Shown: piece by piece, positions 54,900-63,710 of the stretch | Layout: the number at the start of each line of letters is the position of its first letter | Numbering within the stretch: the first letter of the stretch is position 1 | NCBI GenBank assembly: GCA_964497715.1 | Contig: CAZCDH010000001.1 | Span: forward strand, 25,343 to 89,342 | Reading direction: 5' to 3' | Length of the DNA: 64,000 nucleotides | From: Candidatus Woesearchaeota archaeon | GTDB taxonomy: Archaea; Nanobdellota; Nanobdellia; SCGC-AAA011-G17; PNOQ01 | Notes under the pieces: generated by a model | Database searches by the model: none | Told to the model about the DNA's origin: nothing | What the model saw: only the letters and a program-made list of their open reading frames with translations | Translations under genes and position numbers: made by a program

Positions 54900-55571
54900 G
54901 TATAATCCTAAGATCTCTCTAATATCTTTAAAATTATATATAGTATAATCTGAGTTATCTATAGTTTTTTGAGTTTTTGGATCGAATGCTATTGAGATTC
55001 CTACTCTCCTGAATACATCTATATCATTATCATGATCTCCGATGTAACAAACATTCTCCATAGATATATTATAATTTTTCTTTAAAACTTCTTCAAGTAC
55101 TTCGTGTTTTTTCCACATATCTAGAACCTCTACTTCTCCATTAAAATGACCGTTTTCTGTCCCTAAATTGCAAGAGAGTGCGAAATGCATATCTAACTCA
55201 TTTTTTATTTCGTCTGCAACTATACTTATACCTCCACTGAGTATTCCTGTTATTTCTAATCTTGAGGGATTTTTAAAAAAGTCTTCAACACCCTCACTAT
55301 AAGGTACTGGAAGAAGTGCATTTTTTATTTTCTCAAACTCTAATCCCTTCAATAGTAATGCATTTGATTCAGACCATTCAGTTAATCTTTCTTTCTCTTT
55401 GTAATAAATCTCTAGATTTAGGAACCACTGATCTTTTCTCCATCCTGTTAGTCTATTTCCTATAGCATCCCAACTACTTTTGTAATCGCTATTCTCATAC
55501 TGCACTAAAGTCCCATCCATATCAGAGATTATTGCTTCTATTTTCATATTTAGTAACATTCCTTCAAACAT
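54891..55571 (-). CDS. HAD-superfamily hydrolase.
   Basis: It has HAD motif I (IISDMDGTL) and motif IV (GDHDNDIDVF). Confidence 0.6.
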   Translation of the reverse strand: MFEGMLLNMKIEAIISDMDGTLVQYENSDYKSSWDAIGNRLTGWRKDQWFLNLEIYYKEKERLTEWSESNALLLKGLEFEKIKNALLPVPYSEGVEDFFKNPSRLEITGILSGGISIVADEIKNELDMHFALSCNLGTENGHFNGEVEVLDMWKKHEVLEEVLKKNYNISMENVCYIGDHDNDIDVFRRVGISIAFDPKTQKTIDNSDYTIYNFKDIREILGLYSF

Positions 55572-56227
55572 TTTCCCTGCATTATACCTATATTGATTAT
55601 TGAATTTTCTAACTTTTCCATAGGTTCTACAGTTATATCCTTTTGAATTATTTCTAAGAGATTAACATATCTCGATAGTTCGTGATATGCTTTGAATCCA
55701 TCTCCTTCCATAGTTAATTTGATAACATCCGGGATAACTTCATTCTCCCAGACTTCTTTTATTGATGAAAAATCATCCTGTCCAAAAAATACGAAATTTG
55801 TTTCAAAGGTTTCTGGAGATATTTTTTGTTCTGCGACCGGAATAATATATTCGTCGGCAATAAATCTTGAAAAAGCAACTATTTTTGATAGATTGTTTGT
55901 ACTCTCTAGATCTGAAAGTATTGGATACTCTCCTAAAAAATTAGTTTCTGTTTCTTTGTGAATCCCGTGTGCTGAAACCTTTTTCCTTTTTTGATATTTT
56001 GAATTGTAAACTAGTAATTTAAATTCTTCATAGTCTAATTGATCTTCTCCAGCTAAAAGCCTTTCAGTATTGTCTTGAAAAATTAAGTTTGTATCTAGAA
56101 ATTGAGAGATAATTTTTGCATCATTATGACTGCCTTTATCTTTTCCTTTGTAATAAACTGTGAATTCTGCTTCGCTCATTTTTTCTCTAAGGGTTCTTGA
56201 CATACCTCTACTCCATGATTTTTTCAC
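55550..56227 (-). CDS. Hypothetical protein (225 aa).
   Basis: ORF. No recognisable domain. Confidence 0.35.
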   Translation of the reverse strand: MKKSWSRGMSRTLREKMSEAEFTVYYKGKDKGSHNDAKIISQFLDTNLIFQDNTERLLAGEDQLDYEEFKLLVYNSKYQKRKKVSAHGIHKETETNFLGEYPILSDLESTNNLSKIVAFSRFIADEYIIPVAEQKISPETFETNFVFFGQDDFSSIKEVWENEVIPDVIKLTMEGDGFKAYHELSRYVNLLEIIQKDITVEPMEKLENSIINIGIMQGKCLKECY

Positions 56228-56352
56228 CCCTAATTTGTTGCCAAGCCTATAATTTGTTAATCCCTAGTTATTTTTAAGTGCTTCGAATTGATTGAACCTG
56301 ATTTGTCTAGTTTAGTAACTTTTATAAAACAAAAATGATTCTAAAAGTTAAT

Positions 56353-56427
56353 GGACCTGTAGCCTAGTCTGGATAAGGCGTCAGCCTTCTAAGCTGAAGA
56401 TCCAGGGTTCAAATCCCTGCAGGTCCG
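56353..56427 (+). tRNA. tRNA-Arg (anticodon UCU).
   Basis: GGACCTGTAGCCTAGTCTGGATAAGGCGTCAGCCTTCTAAGCTGAAGATCCAGGGTTCAAATCCCTGCAGGTCCG. The anticodon loop is CUUCUAA. Confidence 0.8.
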
Positions 56428-56430
56428 TTT

Positions 56431-56501
56431 GGGTCCATGGCCAAGCGGTAAGGCACGAGGTTGCAGCCCTCGGATCCTGGGTTCGATTCCCAGTGGGCCC
56501 T
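56431..56501 (+). tRNA. tRNA-Cys (anticodon GCA).
   Basis: GGGTCCATGGCCAAGCGGTAAGGCACGAGGTTGCAGCCCTCGGATCCTGGGTTCGATTCCCAGTGGGCCCT. It lies 3 nt after tRNA-Arg. Confidence 0.8.
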
Positions 56502-57337
56502 TATAATTGATTTAGGTAGTCCCTTTTTAGCTTGAAGCCGTTTCTTTTGGCTAGCTTTGTTATCGCCTTATCTATGCCTGAACCGTATTGTGCAGCTATT
56601 TTTTTTCTATTTGCAAACTCGATAGGTATTCCAAGATCGATTGCTAGTTCTCTAAGAATGATTTTATCTCTTTCTATGTCGAATTTCTCTTTGATTGGAA
56701 ATGCCATGGATTGTTTTATCACCTCTTCATCTAGCAAGGGCGCATTTATAATTACATTTAGATTGTTTGCTATTGGTATGTCTCTGCTCAGGTCTCTCTT
56801 CCAAGTAGTTTTAAGGCCGTTCCAGCACTCTTTTTCAGGATTTTCTGAAGTCCTATATCTTTTATAGCCTACGAATAATTCCTCTGCCCCTAGGCCTGAA
56901 AATAGGTTTGATTGGTTGTCTTGTTTAGCTAAATCTGCTGCAATATGGACTACTGTCCCTATACTTAGTTTTACTGTATCTCTTTCTTTTAGTATTTTAA
57001 TTGTTTTCTTTAGATAAATCTCTACCTCATCTAGAGAAACTATTTTTGATTTTAATTTAAAACCTAGAGTGGTTGCGATTTCTTCTGCCGCCTTCAAATC
57101 TTTTGAATTTTCAATTCCTATAGAGTAACAGGTAAAATCTTTATTTAGTTTTTTTAGAATAAACGCTATTAGTGTTGAGTCTATTCCTCCTGAGAATAAG
57201 ACCGCATTGTCATCTTTTGCTTGTTTTTTGATAGATTCTATTATTGATCCTTTTAGTTGTTTTTTAGAAGGTTTTATTTTTGTTTCTTTGATACTCTCTA
57301 TTCTAGAAATCCAATTAGCTTTAGGTATTAAATCCAT
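56501..57337 (-). CDS. PP-loop ATP pyrophosphatase superfamily protein (asparagine-synthetase-C-terminal / LarE-like).
   Basis: It has the SGGIDS PP-loop at residues 49-54. It is 278 aa with no Zn-finger cysteines. Confidence 0.45.
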   Translation of the reverse strand: MDLIPKANWISRIESIKETKIKPSKKQLKGSIIESIKKQAKDDNAVLFSGGIDSTLIAFILKKLNKDFTCYSIGIENSKDLKAAEEIATTLGFKLKSKIVSLDEVEIYLKKTIKILKERDTVKLSIGTVVHIAADLAKQDNQSNLFSGLGAEELFVGYKRYRTSENPEKECWNGLKTTWKRDLSRDIPIANNLNVIINAPLLDEEVIKQSMAFPIKEKFDIERDKIILRELAIDLGIPIEFANRKKIAAQYGSGIDKAITKLAKRNGFKLKRDYLNQL

Positions 57338-57369
57338 AAAAAGAAAAAGAAAAAAAAGAGATTAAAAAG

Positions 57370-59367
57370 TTATCTCTTTATTGAAGTTCTTCTTAGCAAT
57401 AGTACAAAATAAATATTTATGATTACTAATGCTAGAACTCCCAATAACCAGAAAGTCGTTTTTAATCCGTTAGCTCCGAACAAGTCACTGATTGCCGCAC
57501 CTGTTATGAATGAAAATGGCCATGATCCATCTGCACCTTGTAAGTCAATTACTCCTGAGTTGTCGGCATTGTCATCGTCATCGTCTGAACCATCGTCAGT
57601 TGAACCATCGTCAGTTGAAGGTGCACAGTTTCCTGCGACACTCATTGTTTTTGAGTCGTATCCAAGCAGATTATCGTTCCTATCATAAGCCCAAATTTTT
57701 ACTACATAATCTCCATCTGTAGAGTTTCCAGGAATTGTGAAAATGAACATCTCTTCTCTTTCTCTGTCATCATCATTATCTGAATCTAACTCAAAAGGAT
57801 GAGAAGTTTCAATTATATCTAACTCATTAACAGTTAGTTTCAGATACATCTCTCTCTGATCAGAATCTCCAGTATTTACAACAGTTGTAGTTATTGTCAT
57901 TTGACTTCCACATTGGGGATCTAAAGGAGTTATATCTAAAGAAGTTATAGTAACTTCATCATCTTCTTCCTTTACTACTTCTATTTTTTCATTGAACAAA
58001 AATTTAACTTTTGTTTCTTCATGATATGTGTCGTCGTCATCAGGATATCCTTTGATGTATACTTCAACAGAATATCTATCATCAGTATTTGGAGTCTCAT
58101 CTATATTATATGGAACTCTGAAATTAAATTCTTCATTATCTCTTGTTTCTTCATCATCTAGATTGAATTCACTTGTTATTTCTAAATCGTCTCCATCTAG
58201 TTCCATGTTAATTATTGTTACTCTCACTTCAACATCATCAACATCAAAATTTTGAAGGTTTTCTATATCGAACTCTATATCAAAAGAATCTCCAGGATTC
58301 AAATCACTCTCAGGATTCAAATCAAAATTATCTAAATCAAAAAGATGACTTTTTATTTCTGATGTGAAAACTAAGGTTTCTGTTGATACATTATTGGATA
58401 CCTTTACTAGGTAACCCATATCTTCACCAAAAACTATAGGTTGTGAATCTGATATTGTGTAAGTGTAAGCTATCTCTACAGAAGCATTAGGTTGGATGTT
58501 TTCTAAGTTTTGAGTTTCTGAGATTGCTAGAGATATATCTTCGCTTTCTCCATCATCTTTTGCTTCTTTTGTAATCGTAAAACTCTGAACAGTATCTCCA
58601 GTGTTTGTGATAGTTATATTTCCTTCAACTACCTCCCCAAGATAAAGAGCACCGTATGAAAAATCGGATATTGTAGTAAATCCTGAATCAATAACTTCTG
58701 TTACATTTATTGTAACTGTTGCAGTATTTGAATTATTAGTTTCATCTGATACATAATATGTAAATGAATCTGAACCTACAAAATCTGTTGTTGGATTATA
58801 AGTTGCCACATCTTCATTTATTGAAACTGCTCCATTTGATGCATTAGAGACTGAATAATTTAATACATCGCCATCTGCATCTGTTGCATTTAGTGTAATT
58901 GAGATAGGGGAGTCTTCTTCAGTTTCTACAGATAGATCATATGCGACCGGAGGATTATTAACTGGAGCAGGAGTTACATTTATTGTTACTGTTGCAATGT
59001 TTGACTGGTATTCTCCATCTCCACCGTAATATGTAAAGTTATCTTCTCCAATAAATCCCAAAGTAGAAGTATAAATCACTATGTTTGTCCCTTCTTCAAG
59101 TACTGCAGTTCCATTTGCGGGCATATCTAAAAGACCATATTCAAGTAAATCTCCATTTTCATCAGTTACATTCAGATGTATACTAATTTCTTGGCCTTCA
59201 AGAATTTCTACTTCGATATCATGTGCAACCGGTGCATCATTTTCTCCGCCAAATCCGAAAAGTCCAAATAATCCGTCCATAAAACCAGCTTCTGCAACTG
59301 GCGCAGCCATACTAAAAGATAATAATAGTGCTAGCATAATACTCATAATTTTGTATGATTTATTCAT
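57370..59367 (-). CDS. Secreted cell-surface protein with tandem Ig/cadherin-like domains, an Asp/Ser-rich linker and a C-terminal TM anchor with a basic tail.
   Basis: The signal peptide is MNKSYKIMSIMLALLLSFSMAAPVAEA. Two repeats of about 95 aa (…DFVGSDSFTYY…TATVTINVT…) follow. The C-terminus is STDDGSTDDGSDDDDDNADNSG…TTFWLLGVLALVIINIYFVLLLRRTSIKR. Confidence 0.6.
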   Translation of the reverse strand: MNKSYKIMSIMLALLLSFSMAAPVAEAGFMDGLFGLFGFGGENDAPVAHDIEVEILEGQEISIHLNVTDENGDLLEYGLLDMPANGTAVLEEGTNIVIYTSTLGFIGEDNFTYYGGDGEYQSNIATVTINVTPAPVNNPPVAYDLSVETEEDSPISITLNATDADGDVLNYSVSNASNGAVSINEDVATYNPTTDFVGSDSFTYYVSDETNNSNTATVTINVTEVIDSGFTTISDFSYGALYLGEVVEGNITITNTGDTVQSFTITKEAKDDGESEDISLAISETQNLENIQPNASVEIAYTYTISDSQPIVFGEDMGYLVKVSNNVSTETLVFTSEIKSHLFDLDNFDLNPESDLNPGDSFDIEFDIENLQNFDVDDVEVRVTIINMELDGDDLEITSEFNLDDEETRDNEEFNFRVPYNIDETPNTDDRYSVEVYIKGYPDDDDTYHEETKVKFLFNEKIEVVKEEDDEVTITSLDITPLDPQCGSQMTITTTVVNTGDSDQREMYLKLTVNELDIIETSHPFELDSDNDDDREREEMFIFTIPGNSTDGDYVVKIWAYDRNDNLLGYDSKTMSVAGNCAPSTDDGSTDDGSDDDDDNADNSGVIDLQGADGSWPFSFITGAAISDLFGANGLKTTFWLLGVLALVIINIYFVLLLRRTSIKR

Positions 59368-59472
59368 TTATTTCATCCCCCACACAGATAATTCTAATTA
59401 TTTCAAATGTGTTATTATTGTAGGGTTGTAAAAAGTTTAATAAAGCTTTCGATTGCTTAAAATTGGGTCAAA

Positions 59473-60081
59473 TTAAGTGGATTCTTTGTAATCTGGAGCA
59501 CTTATTTTCTTCTTTTTTGACGGTTTTGGGGCAGGAGGGATAATTCTGTCCCTAACTTTTGGAATAAGTACATGAACTAATCCAATAAATATCGATAAAG
59601 CTATTAATATTAAGAAAAATGCTATTGTTGTGAACCTATCTATAGCTATATCTGTGTAAACCAAAATTATCGCTACAAATGCCATGTAGTTGATTGGAAG
59701 TTTTGAAGATATCTGAAATGCTATCTTTTTAGGTAGTAGGTGGAAAAAATCAATTAACATAAGGATTAGTCCCATGAATATTACTGTTGCAGCTATTGAT
59801 ACTTTTATTGGATCAGTTATCAAAGCGTTTTGATATATGTGGTTTGCTAAGTATGCCGATACAAAAATTAAAACAAGTACATTACCAAATGCAGTATTCC
59901 ATCCTAATTCTTCTTCTTTGTACCTTCCAAAATAAAGCTCCATTAAAAAAAGTGTTAAAAGTAGGGGTGCTAGTAACCACAACATCTCAGGATTATTTAT
60001 TGGTGATGAGATTATCTCAATCATTCTCCCTTTTATTATTGGAGTTGATTCTACAACAGCTTGCCAGTAAGTTTGTATCAT
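59473..60081 (-). CDS. Hypothetical integral membrane protein (202 aa).
   Basis: Polytopic. It forms an ATGA overlap with the PAP2 gene upstream. Confidence 0.35.
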   Translation of the reverse strand: MIQTYWQAVVESTPIIKGRMIEIISSPINNPEMLWLLAPLLLTLFLMELYFGRYKEEELGWNTAFGNVLVLIFVSAYLANHIYQNALITDPIKVSIAATVIFMGLILMLIDFFHLLPKKIAFQISSKLPINYMAFVAIILVYTDIAIDRFTTIAFFLILIALSIFIGLVHVLIPKVRDRIIPPAPKPSKKKKISAPDYKEST

Positions 60082-60653
60082 CTCTTGAACACCTTTCTAA
60101 GTTTTTTTGATAATTTATATTTTGATTCTAAGTATATATAGAAATTTCCACTACCAAATCCGATTATTGAACCAGAGATTACATCACTGAGATAGTGAAC
60201 TCCTAAATAAACTCTACTGAATGCCACTACTATTGCTATTACCAACCATATCCACTTGAATATTGGATACTCTTTGTTGAAAAAAGCTAGGGGGGTAAAG
60301 ATAAATGTTGCGTGTCCGCTTGGGAATGAAAATGTTGAAGGAGAGGTAAGTGCATCAACTAATGGTCTCGGCCTTGCTATTATGTGTTTTAACCCTAGTG
60401 TTATTATTGCTGCTGTTGCAAAACTTGCAACTAAAGGAATTATTAACTTTCTTTTGTTTTTTGTAGAAAAGAATAATAATGAAACTGCAAAAACTAATAG
60501 TTCTGCACTAAATACTTCTAGAGATATCATAAAAGTCGATAGTTGTTCTGTTCTGAATTTTAAAATAAAATTTAATATCTGGTTATCAAATAATAAACTT
60601 ATTAGTAACGCTATCTTCAATATTACAAACGAAATTATATATCCTCTTTTCAT
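60078..60653 (-). CDS. PAP2-family phosphatase (polyprenyl-diphosphate phosphatase-like).
   Basis: It has the three PAP2 motifs: KX6RP (KHIIARPRP), PSGH and SRVYLGVHYLSDV. Confidence 0.7.
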   Translation of the reverse strand: MKRGYIISFVILKIALLISLLFDNQILNFILKFRTEQLSTFMISLEVFSAELLVFAVSLLFFSTKNKRKLIIPLVASFATAAIITLGLKHIIARPRPLVDALTSPSTFSFPSGHATFIFTPLAFFNKEYPIFKWIWLVIAIVVAFSRVYLGVHYLSDVISGSIIGFGSGNFYIYLESKYKLSKKLRKVFKR

Positions 60654-60692
60654 AAGGTAAAAAACTGTTAAAGGAATTTATAAAATTAACTA

Positions 60693-61772
60693 CTATTCTA
60701 TATTAAATTTGGCCCCTTCTAGATTATATGCATTCATATAATACCAATCATTACCTTCTTTATAGTATGCACCAACTGTTGATTTTTCTGATCCCTTCGG
60801 ACCATATGTTTCAATTCCTGCTTGAACCCATAAACTTGCTAAATTTTTAGAACTAAACTCTGTAAAACCTTCTCCAGTTAGTTTTAAGAAGTTTTTTATT
60901 AGTTCTGGGCTGCCAACACTACTCTTTTTTGTAGAGGGTGCCTTAGTAGAATATCCAAGGTGTACAGAATGAGGACCTTTAGTCAACATAGTATTTATTA
61001 CTTCGATTTCAGGACGCTCAGCATATTTTGGATGAATTACAGAATTACAAGCCATATAAAAACTAACTTTAGTATCTTTTGAAACTTCTAAATCGGTGAG
61101 ATCATACTCGTCCGTATAGTCGCTATGATATACTGGATCCATCTGATCATGATGACCACTAAAAAATCTTATTGTAGTCTTAGTATCTGATCCAAGATCA
61201 TACCTATAGTTTCCTATTTCTAGTTTATTTCCCTGTGCACTTAAAGATTCTATCAAATAATCTGCACTTCTCCTATCTCCTCCACTATATAACCAGATAG
61301 AAGTTGTTCCGCTAGGATCAATAAATTTCAAAGGATTATTTCTAACATAACTATAAGCTTCATTTTCCTTGACTGGATCAACCGAAGTAAATCTTCCTAG
61401 ATTTGGAAGATAGTATCTAGCTCCAAAGTAATACAATTTGGATTCGTCTAGTTCTTTCCCAGTTGCAAATGAGAATTTTATTCCAGAGTTTTTTATCTCT
61501 TGTCCAAAAGGCAAAGAGTTGAATTCGCTTTCTATAAGTCCATCTGAATCTGTAATTATCCTATTAGAATTGATTCTATCTGAATGATAATAGGTTATAT
61601 CTCCTCCCTTAATCGAAGCTATTAAACTTGATCCATAAACATATCTAGTTATGCTCCCTTCAGAATTTTTATTTTCAATCTGATTAGATACTTTCTCAAT
61701 TCCTATAGAACTACCAACAGACATACTAATTATAAGAAACACTAACACAAACGATAAAATCCTCTTTTTCAT
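60693..61772 (-). CDS. Secreted RHS/YD-repeat core-domain protein (polymorphic-toxin-like) with an uncharacterised C-terminal domain of about 205 aa.
   Basis: The signal peptide is MKKRILSFVLVFLIISMSVGSSIG. It has the terminal YD repeat YYHSDRINSNRIITDSDGLIESEFNSLPFGQEI and the RHS core hallmark ARYYLPNLGRFTSVDPVKENEAYSYVRNNPLKFIDPSGT, then a variable C-terminal domain. Confidence 0.75.
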   Translation of the reverse strand: MKKRILSFVLVFLIISMSVGSSIGIEKVSNQIENKNSEGSITRYVYGSSLIASIKGGDITYYHSDRINSNRIITDSDGLIESEFNSLPFGQEIKNSGIKFSFATGKELDESKLYYFGARYYLPNLGRFTSVDPVKENEAYSYVRNNPLKFIDPSGTTSIWLYSGGDRRSADYLIESLSAQGNKLEIGNYRYDLGSDTKTTIRFFSGHHDQMDPVYHSDYTDEYDLTDLEVSKDTKVSFYMACNSVIHPKYAERPEIEVINTMLTKGPHSVHLGYSTKAPSTKKSSVGSPELIKNFLKLTGEGFTEFSSKNLASLWVQAGIETYGPKGSEKSTVGAYYKEGNDWYYMNAYNLEGAKFNIE

Positions 61773-61846
61773 GATTAAGTTATTAGTTTGGAGAATTTAT
61801 AAGGTTTGTTAGAAATTGTTATAAGTTAAAAGTAATTTACAAAAAT

Positions 61847-62389
61847 ATGGAATATGAAAGGAAACTTGGGATTAGATTATTTTTAGCAGTTTTTGCTATG
61901 ATATTCTACAATATTATATTCTATGAGAGTTTGAAACCCTTAACAATATGGGGAAGTTATTTTTCTTTGTCACTCTTTGAGTCAGGATTAAGTATTGGTA
62001 CCAGTACTATTTCTGCAGGGATCCAATCTTTCGAGTTTGTTCATGCTTGTATAGCTAGTTCTGCATATTTCTTACTGTTCATACTTATTATATCAACAAA
62101 AGATATCAGATTTATTAAAGGAATAAATATGATGTTGTTAGGCAGTTTGTTAATTCTTCTAATGAATATATTTAGAATTGATTTGTTAATTCTTGCCTCT
62201 TTAAAGTTCGGTAAAGTTTGGTTTGATGCTATCCATATGATCTTTTGGAAATTTCTTTCCACCATTTATGTTGCAATGGTTTGGATATTTTTAATTTGGA
62301 AATTCAAAGTCAGAAACATTCCAGGTTATAGTGATATTAAAGAATTGAAAAAACATATTATTTTAGATAAGAGAAAGTCCAGAAGATAG
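61847..62389 (+). CDS. Small polytopic membrane protein with exosortase/archaeosortase-like Cys and Arg motifs (tentative).
   Basis: About 5 TM helices. FEFVHACIASSAYFLL has a Cys within a TM helix. NIFRIDLLILA has an Arg within a TM helix. The spacing and context resemble the xrt/art active-site residues, but the protein is short (180 aa). Confidence 0.3.
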   Translation: MEYERKLGIRLFLAVFAMIFYNIIFYESLKPLTIWGSYFSLSLFESGLSIGTSTISAGIQSFEFVHACIASSAYFLLFILIISTKDIRFIKGINMMLLGSLLILLMNIFRIDLLILASLKFGKVWFDAIHMIFWKFLSTIYVAMVWIFLIWKFKVRNIPGYSDIKELKKHIILDKRKSRR

Positions 62390-62806
62390 TAATATTCCTG
62401 CAGTTAGTACACCTAGTACAATTGCTAAAAGTGCTTTTTTCCTTCTAATTTTGAAAATCCATGCTGCCAAAACTCCAGTGTATGCTCCTGTAAATGGTAA
62501 AGGAATTGCAACCAATAAATAAAGCGCAGGTAGTTCCCACTTTGTTCCGATATGTTTCTCTATCTTTTTTGTGGTTCTTCTTACTTGGAAATAGAAAATT
62601 CTTTTGTAAAATCTTGCTCTTAAGAAGAAATGATGTAAATAATCTAAAAAGAAAAAGATGAATGGCACTATTGCTATATTAGCTAATGTTGCTATAAAGA
62701 ATGTTAGTAATGGATCCATCCCAATTATTTTTGAATAGATTATTGCACCTCTTAGTTCTGAAATAGGTAATATACTTAGAAGAATGAGTTTAGCGATTGT
62801 TATCAT
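62363..62806 (-). CDS. Small membrane protein, putative small multidrug export family (COG2426-like).
   Basis: The N-terminus is LPISELRGAIIYS. It has 4 TM helices. Confidence 0.35.
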   Translation of the reverse strand: MITIAKLILLSILPISELRGAIIYSKIIGMDPLLTFFIATLANIAIVPFIFFFLDYLHHFFLRARFYKRIFYFQVRRTTKKIEKHIGTKWELPALYLLVAIPLPFTGAYTGVLAAWIFKIRRKKALLAIVLGVLTAGILLSSGLSLI

Positions 62807-63683
62807 CTTGGTTTTGGAATACTAATAAATCTTCAGTTGTTAGCTTTTTCTTTGTTTTGAGCTTCTCTTCCACCTGTTTTGTCTTTTTATCAAGTTCTTC
62901 TCTAATCCTTTCCTTCTCTTTTCTCTTTTTTTCTCCTCTCACCATATCAGACTTTTTCCGATATTTGTTAGAGTCCATTAATTTCTCTTTTAGAAGGTCA
63001 TTTACTTTTGCAAACTCTTTTTTTGATTCTATGAATTTATTGAACGATTCTTCTTGTTCTTTCTTTAAATCTGTAATCTTCTTAGTTAGCTTCATGAACT
63101 CTGAATATCCATCTTTATTCTTAATGAATGCTTGTTTTAATTTCTCATGAAATCCTTGTGCAGTATCTTTTGTCTGAGTTATTTCTTCAGATATTTTTTT
63201 GATTGCATCTATAACTTCTTTGATTCCTGCAGTTTTTACTAGTACAGATCTTAATTTCTTAAGTTGCTTCATTAAAGATTGTTCTTTTTTGAAAGGAAGT
63301 GCTTCTGTTTCTATCTTACTTTCAATCTTCTCTATCTGAGAAGCTATAGCACTTGGATCATAATCAATCTTTGTTTTGTCTAAGAATTCTTTCTTTTTAT
63401 CTGAAAGGTCTTTGTATGATTCTATTAAACTTTGTACTTCAGTATTATATTTGTCTCTTTGTTCTTTTAGTGTTTTTATTTCTAGTGCAGTCTGGTCCTT
63501 AGAAACTTTCAAACCTTTAATTTTCTTTATTAATTCGCCAAGCTCTTTCTTTTGCTTTTCTTTCTTAGCAAACCATTTCTCTTTCTCTACATTCAATCTA
63601 TTAAGGTCTTTCCGAATACTTGAAATATCGGATTTAACATCTTTAGATTTCTTTTTGTCGTCTTTCGTTTCTACCATTTGCAA
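62790..63683 (-). CDS. Lys/Glu-rich coiled-coil protein (297 aa).
   Basis: Highly charged heptad-like composition. No enzymatic motifs. Confidence 0.35.
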   Translation of the reverse strand: MQMVETKDDKKKSKDVKSDISSIRKDLNRLNVEKEKWFAKKEKQKKELGELIKKIKGLKVSKDQTALEIKTLKEQRDKYNTEVQSLIESYKDLSDKKKEFLDKTKIDYDPSAIASQIEKIESKIETEALPFKKEQSLMKQLKKLRSVLVKTAGIKEVIDAIKKISEEITQTKDTAQGFHEKLKQAFIKNKDGYSEFMKLTKKITDLKKEQEESFNKFIESKKEFAKVNDLLKEKLMDSNKYRKKSDMVRGEKKRKEKERIREELDKKTKQVEEKLKTKKKLTTEDLLVFQNQDDNNR

Positions 63684-63710
63684 CTATAGAATAAAAATAA
63701 AAAAAGAAGT

